A DNA stretch of 64,000 nucleotides from Arenicellales bacterium (GCA_965200715.1 OZ241374.1:2725031-2789030); one strand, 5' to 3'; counted from the first letter of the stretch, positions 1-10,127 are shown. The notes: generated from the sequence alone by a model not told the origin. A program made the numbers and translations.

Positions 1-1
1 A

Positions 2-430
2 AGAGCGGGAGCTATATCCATAAATATTCGAGATCTGCATCATTCATTAACCGCAGCCATATTGAATGATTATTTCAATATTGCGGTACGAAATGCCTGT
101 TTTTGTGCACACCCTTATGTACGGGAGATGATTTCGGACGATCTCGGTGAGCAGATGGAGGGACTAACCAATGAGGAACTCGAGGCTCTAGCCGAGTTGC
201 ATCGCGGGATGGTGAGATGTAGTTTCGGAATTTACAATACAACCGAAGATATCGATATTCTGGCTGATGCTTTAGAAGAAATTGTCGGAAATAAATATCA
301 TTTTCAGTCCAAATATCGCAAAAACCATTGTGGTGAGTACATTCACGAGACTTTTGACTTTGACAGTACTCGCTTATTCTCAACCACTGATGCAGTTGAT
401 CACTGGTTGCAGCAAGAAGTGGTTCGGTAG
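2..430 (+). CDS. PLP-dependent aminotransferase class V-fold enzyme (cysteine desulfurase-like), C-terminal part; 5' end lies outside the window
   Basis: The frame is open from base 2 to the stop at 428-430. The pattern ...NDYFNIAVRNACFCAHPY...GMVRCSFGIYNTTEDIDIL is typical of the class V aminotransferase C-terminal domain. Confidence 0.6.
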   Translation, partial: RAGAISINIRDLHHSLTAAILNDYFNIAVRNACFCAHPYVREMISDDLGEQMEGLTNEELEALAELHRGMVRCSFGIYNTTEDIDILADALEEIVGNKYHFQSKYRKNHCGEYIHETFDFDSTRLFSTTDAVDHWLQQEVVR

Positions 431-521
431 CCAACCCCTATGGCTTGAATCTTTCGGCCTTGTTCACTGACGACATTGGATTAGACTTGGCCAAGGATGA
501 TCTTATTCTTGATCGGATAGA

Positions 522-821
522 CTAACGAAGTTTTTCGTTAACACTATCGATCTTATCCTGCATGGTTTGCTCTCGGTCAGTTCTTGTTCCCAAACGAATA
601 GTGGTACTGATTCTTGGAGCACCAGCGTCATGCACGGCCTCGTGGCAAGATTTGATCGCATCCATGACCTGATCCCACTCACCTTCCACATTGGTACCGT
701 AGGAATGCATTGAATAATTCAGGCCTGCAACTTCAAATATTTTTTGACAAGTTGCCACATGCTCTGATACCGAAAGACCGACACCCATAGGAATGACACA
801 AACATCTGCAAGCACTTTCAT
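522..821 (-). CDS. MTH1187/YkoF-family thiamine-binding protein (UPF0045)
   Basis: MKVLADVCVIPMGVGLSVSEHVATC...GTNVEGEWDQVMDAIKSCHEAV...RISTTIRLGTRTDREQTMQDKIDSV matches the family pattern over its full length. The ATG at 821 has an AGGTG Shine-Dalgarno 6 nt upstream, so it is preferred over the GTG at 830. Confidence 0.8.
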   Translation of the reverse strand: MKVLADVCVIPMGVGLSVSEHVATCQKIFEVAGLNYSMHSYGTNVEGEWDQVMDAIKSCHEAVHDAGAPRISTTIRLGTRTDREQTMQDKIDSVNEKLR

Positions 822-1347
822 AATATACACCTAAGAAAATTGATTAAACAGGCCGAGCCATGAGCCAATATGTTTCAACGAAACTTCGCTCACAGGCTTC
901 AACGCTTAAACAACTCCATTGTACACCAAGCTATATGTTTCAATTAAGCCATCTAATGTCTTGATCCATAGATAGAAAACCCGAAATTATCCTCAATACC
1001 TTCTAAGCATTTTTTTCGAGGGGTCTGTAGAATCCTCCAATAGATGATAATAGGTTGCTTATCTAATGGGTTAGTAACTAATGATCTTGCAAACTAGCCA
1101 ATTGAAACATGAAATCTTGTGGAATCAAATGCCTAATTGGGCAGTCAACATTAACCACCATCCTTTTGATCTGTAATCAGCGTTTGCTTCATAACTTTGT
1201 CATCTCTTCCAAGCATCGCTATCGGAATTCCACATATGCCATAAGTATTAACTTGTTGTGTAATCTGTACATCAAAGATGGGCTTTGATAGTGAGTCTGG
1301 TTACTGATGTCTGTAAGTTATGAAATAGAAACAAGGAAAAATACAGC

Positions 1348-1716
1348 TCAGATTTGAAAGCACTTTCTGATGTTCACTTGCCCAAAAGGGAAATCAGTGC
1401 AACGACCACGCTCCTTAGCAATCAATGCGCCAAATACCCATTTTAGGAAACTGCTGTGTGATGACTCAATATTGTCCTTAGTTTCCTGCCGCAATATTTC
1501 AATGTCTGCATGAATGTTTGCAATCTTGGTTTTGGTTTCCTGCCGAAATGCTTCTATGCTCGCATGAATGTTTGCAATCTCGGTTTTGGTTGCAAGGTTG
1601 GCATTCAGCAGGGACACCTGTTCATCCGCCAGTGTCTCGGCCTGCTGATCAGTAAACCCACCATCAATGAGGTGTTTAACAAAGCGGTGAGTATCAAAAG
1701 TAATGGCTTGATTCAT
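1348..1716 (-). CDS. DUF1640 family coiled-coil protein (paralog 1); 3' end probably out of frame
   Basis: The N-terminus MNQAITFDTHRFVKHLIDGGFTDQQAETLADEQVSLL and heptad-rich middle fit DUF1640. The expected hydrophobic C-terminal anchor (SVVVALISLLGK*) is found only in the +1 frame after about 1413-1416. Confidence 0.65.
   Translation of the reverse strand: MNQAITFDTHRFVKHLIDGGFTDQQAETLADEQVSLLNANLATKTEIANIHASIEAFRQETKTKIANIHADIEILRQETKDNIESSHSSFLKWVFGALIAKERGRCTDFPFGQVNIRKCFQI
1481..1588 (-). repeat. 2 x 54-nt in-frame tandem duplication inside the DUF1640 gene
   Basis: Units 1481-1534 and 1535-1588 differ at about 8 of 54 positions. They encode the 18-aa units KTEIANIHASIEAFRQET and KTKIANIHADIEILRQET. 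Confidence 0.85.
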
Positions 1717-2289
1717 GATCCAGTTTCAACAGGTATGGATCGATTCTTCAGAGGTGTCTGGCTAGGTTCCATGGATAACAATCTTCTAACACTTATAATC
1801 CATGGGAACGTACGGTCAATTTGATTGCTTGAGCATGACATTCAACAAGACTCTATAATTTGGAAGAATCCTGATCCTCAATGGTACACGAAAACAAAAA
1901 GGAATCGAGCGATAACATAACTTTTGTACCTTCTTATTTCTTATCAAAACCACAATCATATTGAAGCATATTGATATACTCCCAACCGCATCAACCTCAT
2001 CCAAAATAGATAACTTCTGGACTCTCTTTCGGATTCAACGCATTATTATCCTTTTCCTTGCTTTGTTTGCAGCAAAAAGTACGTCATCAATCTTTCAAGA
2101 GTGGTGTTTTTCCCTGTCAAATAAGCCTCTAATGCGATAAATTATGGTGCTGGTTTCCCATGTTGAATACGCCCATTCAGAATTAAATTCTTTATGTATC
2201 TAATGTAATTTCTAGTCTGTTTAAAACAATGCGAGGTTCTAATGATGATGTTCAGCGTGTTACAACCCAGTTTTTGAATACAGTATCCA

Positions 2290-2502
2290 ATGTCCTTCAA
2301 ATCCCCTTCCATTCTGAATAAACTCTTCCATGTGATAGGCGATACTCATGGACATGCTGACCTTCTCATCAAAATGCTTGAAATGATTCGTAACGACTCC
2401 GAAAATAAGCTGGCGAATCGGCGTGTTTTAATTTTTCCGGGTGACTACGTGGATCGAGCTCAGTCAACCTTCCGCAATCCAATAATCCAAACTACCGACT
2501 AA
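2290..2502 (+). pseudogene. N-terminal remnant of a PPP-family Ser/Thr phosphatase / ApaH-like metallophosphoesterase
   Basis: Only 70 codons remain. The GDxHG (VIGDTHGHADL) and GDxVDR (GDYVDRA) motifs are present, then the ORF stops 21 nt before the convergent neighbour. The GNHE and later motifs are absent. Confidence 0.5.
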
Positions 2503-2523
2503 AACATTCGCCAGAGACTCTCC

Positions 2524-3558
2524 CTATTGTTTTGGCATGATGGTAAACAAGGTGATTTCATTGAACGATCCCAATCGCATCAATGGTCCCCATGTACCTG
2601 TTCCCGGAGAAATATAAAAATACCGACCCTCATGACTGTAGAGACCATGAATTCGCTTGAAATATTTTCGGACCACGAAATTAAACGGAAATATCTGGCC
2701 CTTGTGAGTGTGCCCGCTCAGCATCAGATCAATACCGTGGTCAATTGCAGACTCCCACCCTTGCGGCCGATGATAAAGAAGAATATTGAATTTGTCCAAA
2801 TTACGGCTGATATTGGGCAACTCTCGTGAGACTTGATTCGGGTCGGGATCATCGTCAATGCCGGTAATACAAAATTCCTCAAACTCCTCAGACTGTTGTC
2901 TCAACGTCCTTAATCCTAATTTGCCCGACATATCCATAACCTTGTCCATGTCGGCATAGAGTTCGTGGTTTCCAATCGAAAAAAACACCGGTATGTCCAG
3001 CCAGAATAAGGGGCGTAATGACTCGATCCCAACAGCGCTAGTGTCAATCAAATCTCCGGTAATTACAACAACGTCAGGTTTCAGTTTTTGCACTTTTCGA
3101 ACCACCCGCGCAAAGTACCCGGTTTGTCGGGAACCAACATGCACATCCGATAATTGGATCAACCGCCATGTTCGGGACACCTTGTGACTCAGTATGCCCA
3201 TCTCGCGAATCGAAATGTGATGTGAAAATAAGTTCGCTATGATCATCACACATCCACCTAGGATGAGAGTCCACTTTGCAATTAATGGATCCGGATAATT
3301 CGTGAGCAATCGAACAAATTCAGCGATGAACGTTATCGATGCGAGTATAAATCCGGCACCTACCCAGTGCACAACGAGATACCGGATTCTTTGATTCGGA
3401 CCACTGAATGAATAACGCATGCCGGCCATACCCAATATCCAGAGAACGGTTGAAACACCAATGGATAGAATGACATTACCGGTCATCCAATCAATATAGC
3501 GCAACCATGGATAAGCAAAAACCAAATAGGCTGCCAAGCAGAAGAACATTGTTCCCAT
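2524..3558 (-). CDS. Membrane-anchored calcineurin-like metallophosphoesterase
   Basis: The N-terminal part (about 130 aa) is hydrophobic. It is followed by LSDVHVG, ITGDLID, GNHE and SGHTHKGQ metallophosphoesterase motifs. Confidence 0.8.
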   Translation of the reverse strand: MGTMFFCLAAYLVFAYPWLRYIDWMTGNVILSIGVSTVLWILGMAGMRYSFSGPNQRIRYLVVHWVGAGFILASITFIAEFVRLLTNYPDPLIAKWTLILGGCVMIIANLFSHHISIREMGILSHKVSRTWRLIQLSDVHVGSRQTGYFARVVRKVQKLKPDVVVITGDLIDTSAVGIESLRPLFWLDIPVFFSIGNHELYADMDKVMDMSGKLGLRTLRQQSEEFEEFCITGIDDDPDPNQVSRELPNISRNLDKFNILLYHRPQGWESAIDHGIDLMLSGHTHKGQIFPFNFVVRKYFKRIHGLYSHEGRYFYISPGTGTWGPLMRLGSFNEITLFTIMPKQ

Positions 3559-3617
3559 GAATTATCGAAATCTCATATAAATTCGGATGGCCGTTACTAC
3601 GCTTGCAGTTTCACTGT

Positions 3618-4166
3618 TCAATCAGAAAGCTCTTGAATAACAGTTTTCTGAAGAAACCAAACACCGATGAAACAAAACCACATAGCAAAGACTGGACCAT
3701 AAATATCGAGAAAAATGGTGTGGCGACCGTGTTTCAAGGTCATCAGTTGAGTGGCAGCGGTCCAGATGGAAAAAGCTATACAACCAAGTACCGTAAAGTG
3801 GACATAAATCATCCATCCGGGTAGCGTTTGAAGCTCCCCATGATGAAGTGGTATTAGAACTTGAGAAACATAGATTACAAGTCCAACAAATGGCATGATA
3901 AATGAAATTTTCATCAACTGGATTCGTATTGAAGAAAGTTGATGCTCTGGTTGTAGTCGAGTATTTGCCGCGTAGCAGATGCTGTGAATCCAGCCGAGCA
4001 TGGCACACAGGAAAACAATCACCAAGATCGCCCATTCAATCGGATGATTACTTCCAAATGCAGTCAACTTATACACTCCATAAGGTGTGACCATCAATGA
4101 GCAAAGTGCTAACGGTTGGGAATTTGTAAAGTACTTGATGCAGGCGATCATGAAAATACGAATCAA
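3618..4166 (-). CDS. Hypothetical integral membrane protein
   Basis: A 182-aa ORF with 4-5 hydrophobic segments. No recognisable motif. The overlapping alternative-frame ORF 3622-4035 looks less protein-like. Confidence 0.4.
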   Translation of the reverse strand: MIRIFMIACIKYFTNSQPLALCSLMVTPYGVYKLTAFGSNHPIEWAILVIVFLCAMLGWIHSICYAANTRLQPEHQLSSIRIQLMKISFIMPFVGLVIYVSQVLIPLHHGELQTLPGWMIYVHFTVLGCIAFSIWTAATQLMTLKHGRHTIFLDIYGPVFAMWFCFIGVWFLQKTVIQELSD

Positions 4167-4315
4167 TGTATTGATTATCTGAATTTAGTTCGAAATGGGC
4201 TACTATATTGCAATTATAATTCCAGAAACCACCCATCAAAGCAAGAACCCTGAACTCAAAACCGAAATTTAGAAAGACCAAGGTTATCGCCACCATTGGA
4301 CCAGCCTGTGATTCG

Positions 4316-5689
4316 TTGGAGGGACTAAAGTCCTTGGCACAGGCTGGCATGAATGTAGCTAGATTGAACATGTCGCATAGCGACGAAACTGAGCATCGTC
4401 GCATTCTTGGGTTAATTCGTGAGGCCAGTCGTCAGACCGGATTAACCATTGCCTGCATGGTCGATACTCGTGGACGGGAAATCCGCTCCGGTCCACTCAA
4501 GGAAGGTAGCGTTTTGCTGAAAAGAGGTCAGCATTTTTCCATTTATAGTGACCATCAGGCAGGCAACATAAAGGGCGTATCAACGACGCATCCTACCCTC
4601 TACCAAACCATCGGAAAGGGACATCGTGTTTTGATTGACGATGGTCAGATCGAATTGATTGTAAACAGTGTCAAGGATCGGCAAATCCAGACCCAGATAA
4701 TTTGCGGTGGTGTTCTGCGAAGTGGCAAGGGTATAAATTTACCAGACAGCCCCGAGACATTTGAAGCGGTTACGGATAACTCGGATTACGAGATTAAATT
4801 TGCGATCGACAATGATGTTGAGTATCTCGCTGCATCCTTTGTGCAAAATGCCGAAGATATCGAACGGTTACGCAAAATGATCAAGGATCGGAAAGGAACT
4901 ATACCGATCATCGCCAAGATCGAAAATCGCGAAGGAGTCAAGAACATTGACCAGATTATCACAACTGCAAATGGCATCATGGTAGCGCGAGGTGATCTCG
5001 GTGTTGAGTTGGAAGCGGGAGAAGGACCAATAGTGCAAAAACGCATCATTCGAGCCACTGTCTCTCAGGGAAAACCAGTAATCACAGCTACTCAAATGCT
5101 CGATTCTATGGAACGCAATCCTCGTCCGACCCGAGCTGAGGTAAGCGATGTAGCAAATGCCATATTCGATGGCAGTTCAGCAGTTATGCTCTCTGGAGAG
5201 ACTGCGGTTGGCCGACATCCAGTCGAAGCAGTGGCCATGATGGATGACCTAGCCAGAGCGGCTGAGTCTTCGCTCGTCTACTTCGGCCACTTGCAAAGAA
5301 TTGAAACAAACGAGCCGCATCACTCTCGTAAAGTAACCGATGCCGTTGCACTTGCAGCCATTGCAATATCCAATCAACTCGATGCTAGCGCAATTATTGC
5401 TCTAACCGAAACCGGTGTAACCGCTCGCCAAGTATCCAAATATCGGCCAACATGTCCAATACTGGCCATCACCTCCTCACCCAAAGTTGTCAACCGACTG
5501 GCTATGAACTGGGGAGTATTGGGAATTCTGTATTTGGGTGGAGGTTCCGATGAAGAGCGTCTATTATTTGCTACCGAACGCGGCAAGGAACTCGGCCTTG
5601 TACAATCAAATGATAAAGTAATCCTGATTGCTGGTAGCTCCAATCAGGCCGGGAGCACGAATTTGATTCGCGTAATCTCTGTCCCGTAG
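4316..5689 (+). CDS. pyk: Pyruvate kinase (annotated start is a TTG; conserved N-terminal residues continue upstream)
   Basis: GMNVARLNMSH, MVDTRGREIR, IIAKIENREGV, GIMVARGDLGVE and MLSGETA motifs are present. The in-frame upstream codons 4271-4315 read RKTKVIATIGPACDS, which is the canonical PK N-terminus. Confidence 0.9.
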   Translation: MEGLKSLAQAGMNVARLNMSHSDETEHRRILGLIREASRQTGLTIACMVDTRGREIRSGPLKEGSVLLKRGQHFSIYSDHQAGNIKGVSTTHPTLYQTIGKGHRVLIDDGQIELIVNSVKDRQIQTQIICGGVLRSGKGINLPDSPETFEAVTDNSDYEIKFAIDNDVEYLAASFVQNAEDIERLRKMIKDRKGTIPIIAKIENREGVKNIDQIITTANGIMVARGDLGVELEAGEGPIVQKRIIRATVSQGKPVITATQMLDSMERNPRPTRAEVSDVANAIFDGSSAVMLSGETAVGRHPVEAVAMMDDLARAAESSLVYFGHLQRIETNEPHHSRKVTDAVALAAIAISNQLDASAIIALTETGVTARQVSKYRPTCPILAITSSPKVVNRLAMNWGVLGILYLGGGSDEERLLFATERGKELGLVQSNDKVILIAGSSNQAGSTNLIRVISVP

Positions 5690-5712
5690 CAAAAAACTCC
5701 ACTTCACTGTGA

Positions 5713-6804
5713 TCAATTGGGTCCCTTGGTATTGACCACATTGATCGGATCAGGAATTTCCAGGGTAGTAGTCGGAAAGGCACAAGAGGCGCCATGACCC
5801 TCAACAATCTCCAATATTTTCAGAAGAACATCCTGTTTGACCTGAAAATACTGAGGGCCGGATTGGGTCCGGGTAAAACAGTAAACAAAGAAGTCTAGGG
5901 ACGATGCCGAAAAGGCGGTAAATCCTACCATCAAGGTCTGATCCTGATCAATGCCTGAATGAGATTGTAAATAAGAGCGCACATCGTCAACAATCTGATT
6001 CATGGCTCCCGCATCCTGATAACGAATACCAACCAACTCGTAGATTCTGCGATTACTCATACGTGTGACGTTTTCGATCGTGACACAGGAAAAGCTCGAA
6101 TTGGGAACATACAGAGGTCGACTGTCAAAATTACGGATCAACGTTACTCTCCACCCGATTCTTTCAACAATACCTTCGATCTCTCGATCAGGTGAGCGTA
6201 CCCAATCGCCAACCTTGAACGGCCGATCAAAATAAATCATGAAGCCGCCAAAGAAATTTGCCAACATGTCCTTAGCTGCCAAACCGACTGCGAGACCACC
6301 TATCCCACCAAAAGCAAGCAATCCAGTCAGACTGAAACCGAGAGATTGCATGGCAATCAGAACAGTAAAAATCACCACTGTCAACTTCGATAACTTACTA
6401 ACGATATCAACCAGAGATTGATCAATAGTCGCGCCACCAAAGGTCGTCCTACCTACCAGATTCTTGCCCAATGAATCAATCAAGCGAAACAAAAACCAAG
6501 CAAACAATACAACGATAATGAGGATACGACCAGTGTGCAACATCCCAAATACATCTTTCGGAACGATTCCCGATACTTCGATAGCAGCAGTCAAACCGAC
6601 CAGCCAAATCATCCATCGAACAGGAGCACCAACAGAATCGATCAGCGCATCATCCCAGGCAGTTTTGCTCTTCTGGGACAAGATCGTCATTTTTCTAATC
6701 AGTAAACGACTGACAATGTCCAGAATCACGATAACAACAAGTGTCGCAAATAACTTGATCATTGTGCCGTGCTCAGAAACCGTGCTGGTTAAGTTTTCAA
6801 TCAT
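5713..6804 (-). CDS. MscS-family mechanosensitive ion channel
   Basis: Multiple N-terminal TM helices are followed by GLAAKDMLANFFGGFMIYFDRPFKVGDWV...GIVERIGWRVTLIRNFD, the MscS core signature. Confidence 0.85.
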   Translation of the reverse strand: MIENLTSTVSEHGTMIKLFATLVVIVILDIVSRLLIRKMTILSQKSKTAWDDALIDSVGAPVRWMIWLVGLTAAIEVSGIVPKDVFGMLHTGRILIIVVLFAWFLFRLIDSLGKNLVGRTTFGGATIDQSLVDIVSKLSKLTVVIFTVLIAMQSLGFSLTGLLAFGGIGGLAVGLAAKDMLANFFGGFMIYFDRPFKVGDWVRSPDREIEGIVERIGWRVTLIRNFDSRPLYVPNSSFSCVTIENVTRMSNRRIYELVGIRYQDAGAMNQIVDDVRSYLQSHSGIDQDQTLMVGFTAFSASSLDFFVYCFTRTQSGPQYFQVKQDVLLKILEIVEGHGASCAFPTTTLEIPDPINVVNTKGPN

Positions 6805-6880
6805 GTGTGATAAGACGAAGATAATGTGGATATAAAGCGTCAGTATTGGTCACTAGACCCAACGAGTGGATTTGAATTTC

Positions 6881-7207
6881 TCACTGTTCTGAACTCTCCA
6901 ATTGGGCTAGATCGTGCCAACGCTTGAATCCCCCATCGAGACTATAGGCTTTTTCAAACCCCTGCTGCCCCATGAATTCAGCTGCACCCTGACTCGCGTT
7001 TCCATGATAACAATAAACAATCAGTGGAATCTTGCGGTTTGCCTGATCAAGAAATTCATTGAGATTCTGATTATCAACGCGGATAGAACCCTCAATATGG
7101 CTTTGCGCATGCGAATCTGGATCTCGTATATCCATAAGTTGTACAGGTCCCTCAGCTATCAGGGTCTTCGCCTCTTCTACCGAGATATGTTCAAAGTTTC
7201 TTTGCAT
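6881..7207 (-). CDS. glpE: Rhodanese-domain thiosulfate sulfurtransferase GlpE
   Basis: A 108-aa single rhodanese domain with active-site loop VYCYHGNASQGAA and a GlpE-like N-terminus (FEHISVEEA...LMDIRDP). Confidence 0.8.
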   Translation of the reverse strand: MQRNFEHISVEEAKTLIAEGPVQLMDIRDPDSHAQSHIEGSIRVDNQNLNEFLDQANRKIPLIVYCYHGNASQGAAEFMGQQGFEKAYSLDGGFKRWHDLAQLESSEQ

Positions 7208-7463
7208 GTTTCTATTGTGAATATAGTTGATTGAGATTGAAGTAAACTGTTACTGGAAATACTCAATTAAGTCGACCTTTTATTCTTGTACTAGATGAGT
7301 ATTACTCTCAGACCAAAGGCAGCCAAAAATGAGATATTGATTCTAAACGATTACCTTGCAAAAATGAGATAGCGATAAGATTACAGTTTGGTCGGTTCTT
7401 GACTGATACTCAACTTCGTAATTATGAATTAGCATATCTCAATACACAAATGACCTTCCATCA

Positions 7464-9398
7464 GTGATCCTTGAAATAATCGACCAAACACCCTACTCAA
7501 GCATTTATCAGGATATCTATTTCTCTCGCGAGAATGGACTAAAAGAATCCAGACATGTGTTTCTCAGAGGAAACAATCTGCCAAATCGTTGGTTGGATAA
7601 GTCGAATTTTACGATTGCTGAAACTGGATTTGGTACTGGCCTTAATTTCCTTGCGACATGGCAATTTTGGCGTTGTCATGTAAACGCATACTCCAGACTA
7701 CATTTCATTTCCATAGAAAAGCACCCACTCGATATCAAGACTCTCCGATACTGTCATGCACTTTTTCCTGAACTTGAATCGCTTTCAGAGGAACTCCTCC
7801 GCCAGTGGCCGGGTAATCTAGATGGCTTCCATCGATGTTTCCTAGATGATGGTCGCGTGACCCTGACCCTTTGTCATGGGGAAGCGCATCATGAATTAAG
7901 CGAACTGATCGCAAAAGTTGATTGCTGGTATCTCGATGGGTTTTCACCTGCGAAAAATCCTGCAATGTGGACACATTCAGTATTTCGTGAAATCGCAAGA
8001 CTGAGTGATATTGGTACCACGATAGCAACGTTTACCGTCGCTACGCAGATCCAACAATTATTGCTCGATCAGGGATTCCAAATCTGCAAACTTCCGGGTT
8101 TTGGAAAGAAACGGGAGATGCTAACTGGAGTTATGCAAACGAAGCCAACTATTCGAGTCAGAGAACCATGGTATTTCCCCGAACATACCAATCATTCATC
8201 CAAAACCGCTACCGTAATTGGGGCAGGCATTGCGGGTGCTCAAAGCGCATATCATCTAGCAAGGCGGGGATGGAAAGTTACCGTTCTAGAGCAGGAATCC
8301 TCTGTTGCAATGCAAGCAAGCGGCAATCCATCTGCAGTTTATTCACCCTATTTGACCGCTAGCCCATCACTTGAAGAGCGACTATCTCTTCAAAGCTTTG
8401 CATTCCTTCTAAATCAACTCGATGAATTAGACCCAAAGCAATTATTCCATCAAAAGTGTGGGCTACTTGAGTTCGCGGTCGATAAACAGCAGAGTATACG
8501 TCAGGAGAAAATTTCTGCCCGTTCTCTGCCAGAGTGGCTGGTAAGGAAGTCCACTCAAGATGAAGCAGAAACACAAAGTGGTGTTGAATGCCCCTTTGCT
8601 GGGCTGTTCTATGCAAAGGCCGGTTTCTTAAATTCGAGCAAGTGGATTAGGCATTTACTTGACCACCAAAATATCGATCTGCAGTTAGGAAAGCAGGCTT
8701 ATACCATCTCACCTAGCAAACATGGAGTGAGTATTATGACTTTAAATAATCAAATTCTCTCCAATACAGCTGTATTGATCCTCGCATCTGGACATAGCAT
8801 GACATGGCCTGAGGTGAACTGGATACCTTTTACACCGATCTCGGGTCAAAGTACCTATGTCAATGTCGGCCTCATATCCCAGTCACCGATGTGCATTCTA
8901 CGATATGGAGGTTATCTGTTACCTGCCTGCAGCGGCCATCATTTGATCGGAGCCACCTATGAAAGTGGCAGGGTTTCGTCGAGTCCAAACCCCAAGGCCG
9001 ATCTTGATTTTAATTTACTCGCAAAATATCTGCCTCATCTGATCGACTCGAGATACAAACCCCATGATCATATCCAGTGTGCTCATCACGGAGTACGCAT
9101 GGTCAGCGAAAATCGACTACCCTTAGTTGGTAGAGTCCCCAAACAGGATCGTTTTATCGATCAGTTTCAGTCCATGCGAAAAAGGAACTATCCGATCTCA
9201 AACATTGAGCGTGTCTATTATCCAAATCTGTATCTTTGTGCAGCTTGGGGCTCTCGAGGCATGACCGGAGCCGCGCTAAGCGGGGAATTCCTGACATCCT
9301 GGATTACGGGCGAACCATTACCACTTCAAGCATCTGTCGTTCGCGCTATCCAACCTGCTAGAAGTCTGGTTAGAGGCTTAAAACGCGGAACACTTTAG
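7464..9398 (+). CDS. mnmC: Bifunctional tRNA (mnm5s2U34) methyltransferase / FAD-dependent cmnm5s2U34 oxidoreductase MnmC
   Basis: The N-terminal methyltransferase part has ETGFGTGLNFL and DGFSPAKNPAMW. The C-terminal DAO-type FAD domain has VIGAGIAGAQSAYHLARRG. GTG at 7464 is the first start after the in-frame stop at 7425. Confidence 0.9.
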   Translation: MILEIIDQTPYSSIYQDIYFSRENGLKESRHVFLRGNNLPNRWLDKSNFTIAETGFGTGLNFLATWQFWRCHVNAYSRLHFISIEKHPLDIKTLRYCHALFPELESLSEELLRQWPGNLDGFHRCFLDDGRVTLTLCHGEAHHELSELIAKVDCWYLDGFSPAKNPAMWTHSVFREIARLSDIGTTIATFTVATQIQQLLLDQGFQICKLPGFGKKREMLTGVMQTKPTIRVREPWYFPEHTNHSSKTATVIGAGIAGAQSAYHLARRGWKVTVLEQESSVAMQASGNPSAVYSPYLTASPSLEERLSLQSFAFLLNQLDELDPKQLFHQKCGLLEFAVDKQQSIRQEKISARSLPEWLVRKSTQDEAETQSGVECPFAGLFYAKAGFLNSSKWIRHLLDHQNIDLQLGKQAYTISPSKHGVSIMTLNNQILSNTAVLILASGHSMTWPEVNWIPFTPISGQSTYVNVGLISQSPMCILRYGGYLLPACSGHHLIGATYESGRVSSSPNPKADLDFNLLAKYLPHLIDSRYKPHDHIQCAHHGVRMVSENRLPLVGRVPKQDRFIDQFQSMRKRNYPISNIERVYYPNLYLCAAWGSRGMTGAALSGEFLTSWITGEPLPLQASVVRAIQPARSLVRGLKRGTL

Positions 9399-9638
9399 TC
9401 ACTATTTGGGAATTATATACAGTGTTAGGCATATATCTTTTGGTGGTTACGGAGTCTCTAATGAGAAGGCTCCTAATCGTCCAGCTACCCCAATCCCGAA
9501 GGTAGACACACTAGGTATGCTTCGTGTATGGCTTGTATAAGCAAAAACCGGAATTATTTCAACACAATCTTACATGGCTAACAATGTATATAATTCCTCA
9601 CTATTTCATATCAAACTTCCCATTTTATTCACCAAAAT

Positions 9639-10127
9639 ATGGAAACTAAGATCAGGGATTTCATAAATACTGATACTCCAGATATTCTTGAAATCAATCA
9701 AGAATCGGTCCAGATGTTGAGTCCTATGAATGAAAAACGCTTTCATCAGCTTAGAAAATTATCCAGTTTGCTACTGGTTTGTCAAACACCGCACGGGATC
9801 GGTGGTTTCCTACTCGGTTTTGAAAGCAATACCAAATACGATAGCACAAATTATCAGTGGTTTGATGAGAATGAAGAGCAGTTTCTGTACATCGATCGTG
9901 TTGCGGTCTCTTCTCCATACCGAGGTCAAGGTATTGGCAAGCAATTGTATGACCAAGCCGTTATCTGGGCTCGAAATAAATCATTAATTTCGGTCGTTGC
10001 AGAGATAAACATAAAACCGAGAAATGAAGAATCATTGTGCTTTCACAAAATGAGGAGGTTTGTCGAGATTGGGAGGCGAAGCCCCGAATCAGGAAAGATC
10101 GTATCTCTGCAGAAATTGTTGGTTTAA
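9639..10127 (+). CDS. GNAT family N-acetyltransferase
   Basis: The acetyl-CoA binding motif is LYIDRVAVSSPYRGQGIGKQLY, and the C-terminal PRNEESLCFHKMRRF is typical of GNAT. Confidence 0.7.
   Translation: METKIRDFINTDTPDILEINQESVQMLSPMNEKRFHQLRKLSSLLLVCQTPHGIGGFLLGFESNTKYDSTNYQWFDENEEQFLYIDRVAVSSPYRGQGIGKQLYDQAVIWARNKSLISVVAEINIKPRNEESLCFHKMRRFVEIGRRSPESGKIVSLQKLLV

Noticed and set aside
822-1347. Looked for a TPP riboswitch upstream of the YkoF-like thiamine-binding gene.
   Set aside because: No CTGAGA / ACCTGATCTGGATAATGCCAGCG-like conserved elements on the relevant strand.
10124-10127. 4-nt convergent overlap of the GNAT and PRTase genes, considered as a possible antisense regulatory arrangement.
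   Set aside because: Overlapping stop codons of convergent genes are common and carry no further signal here.
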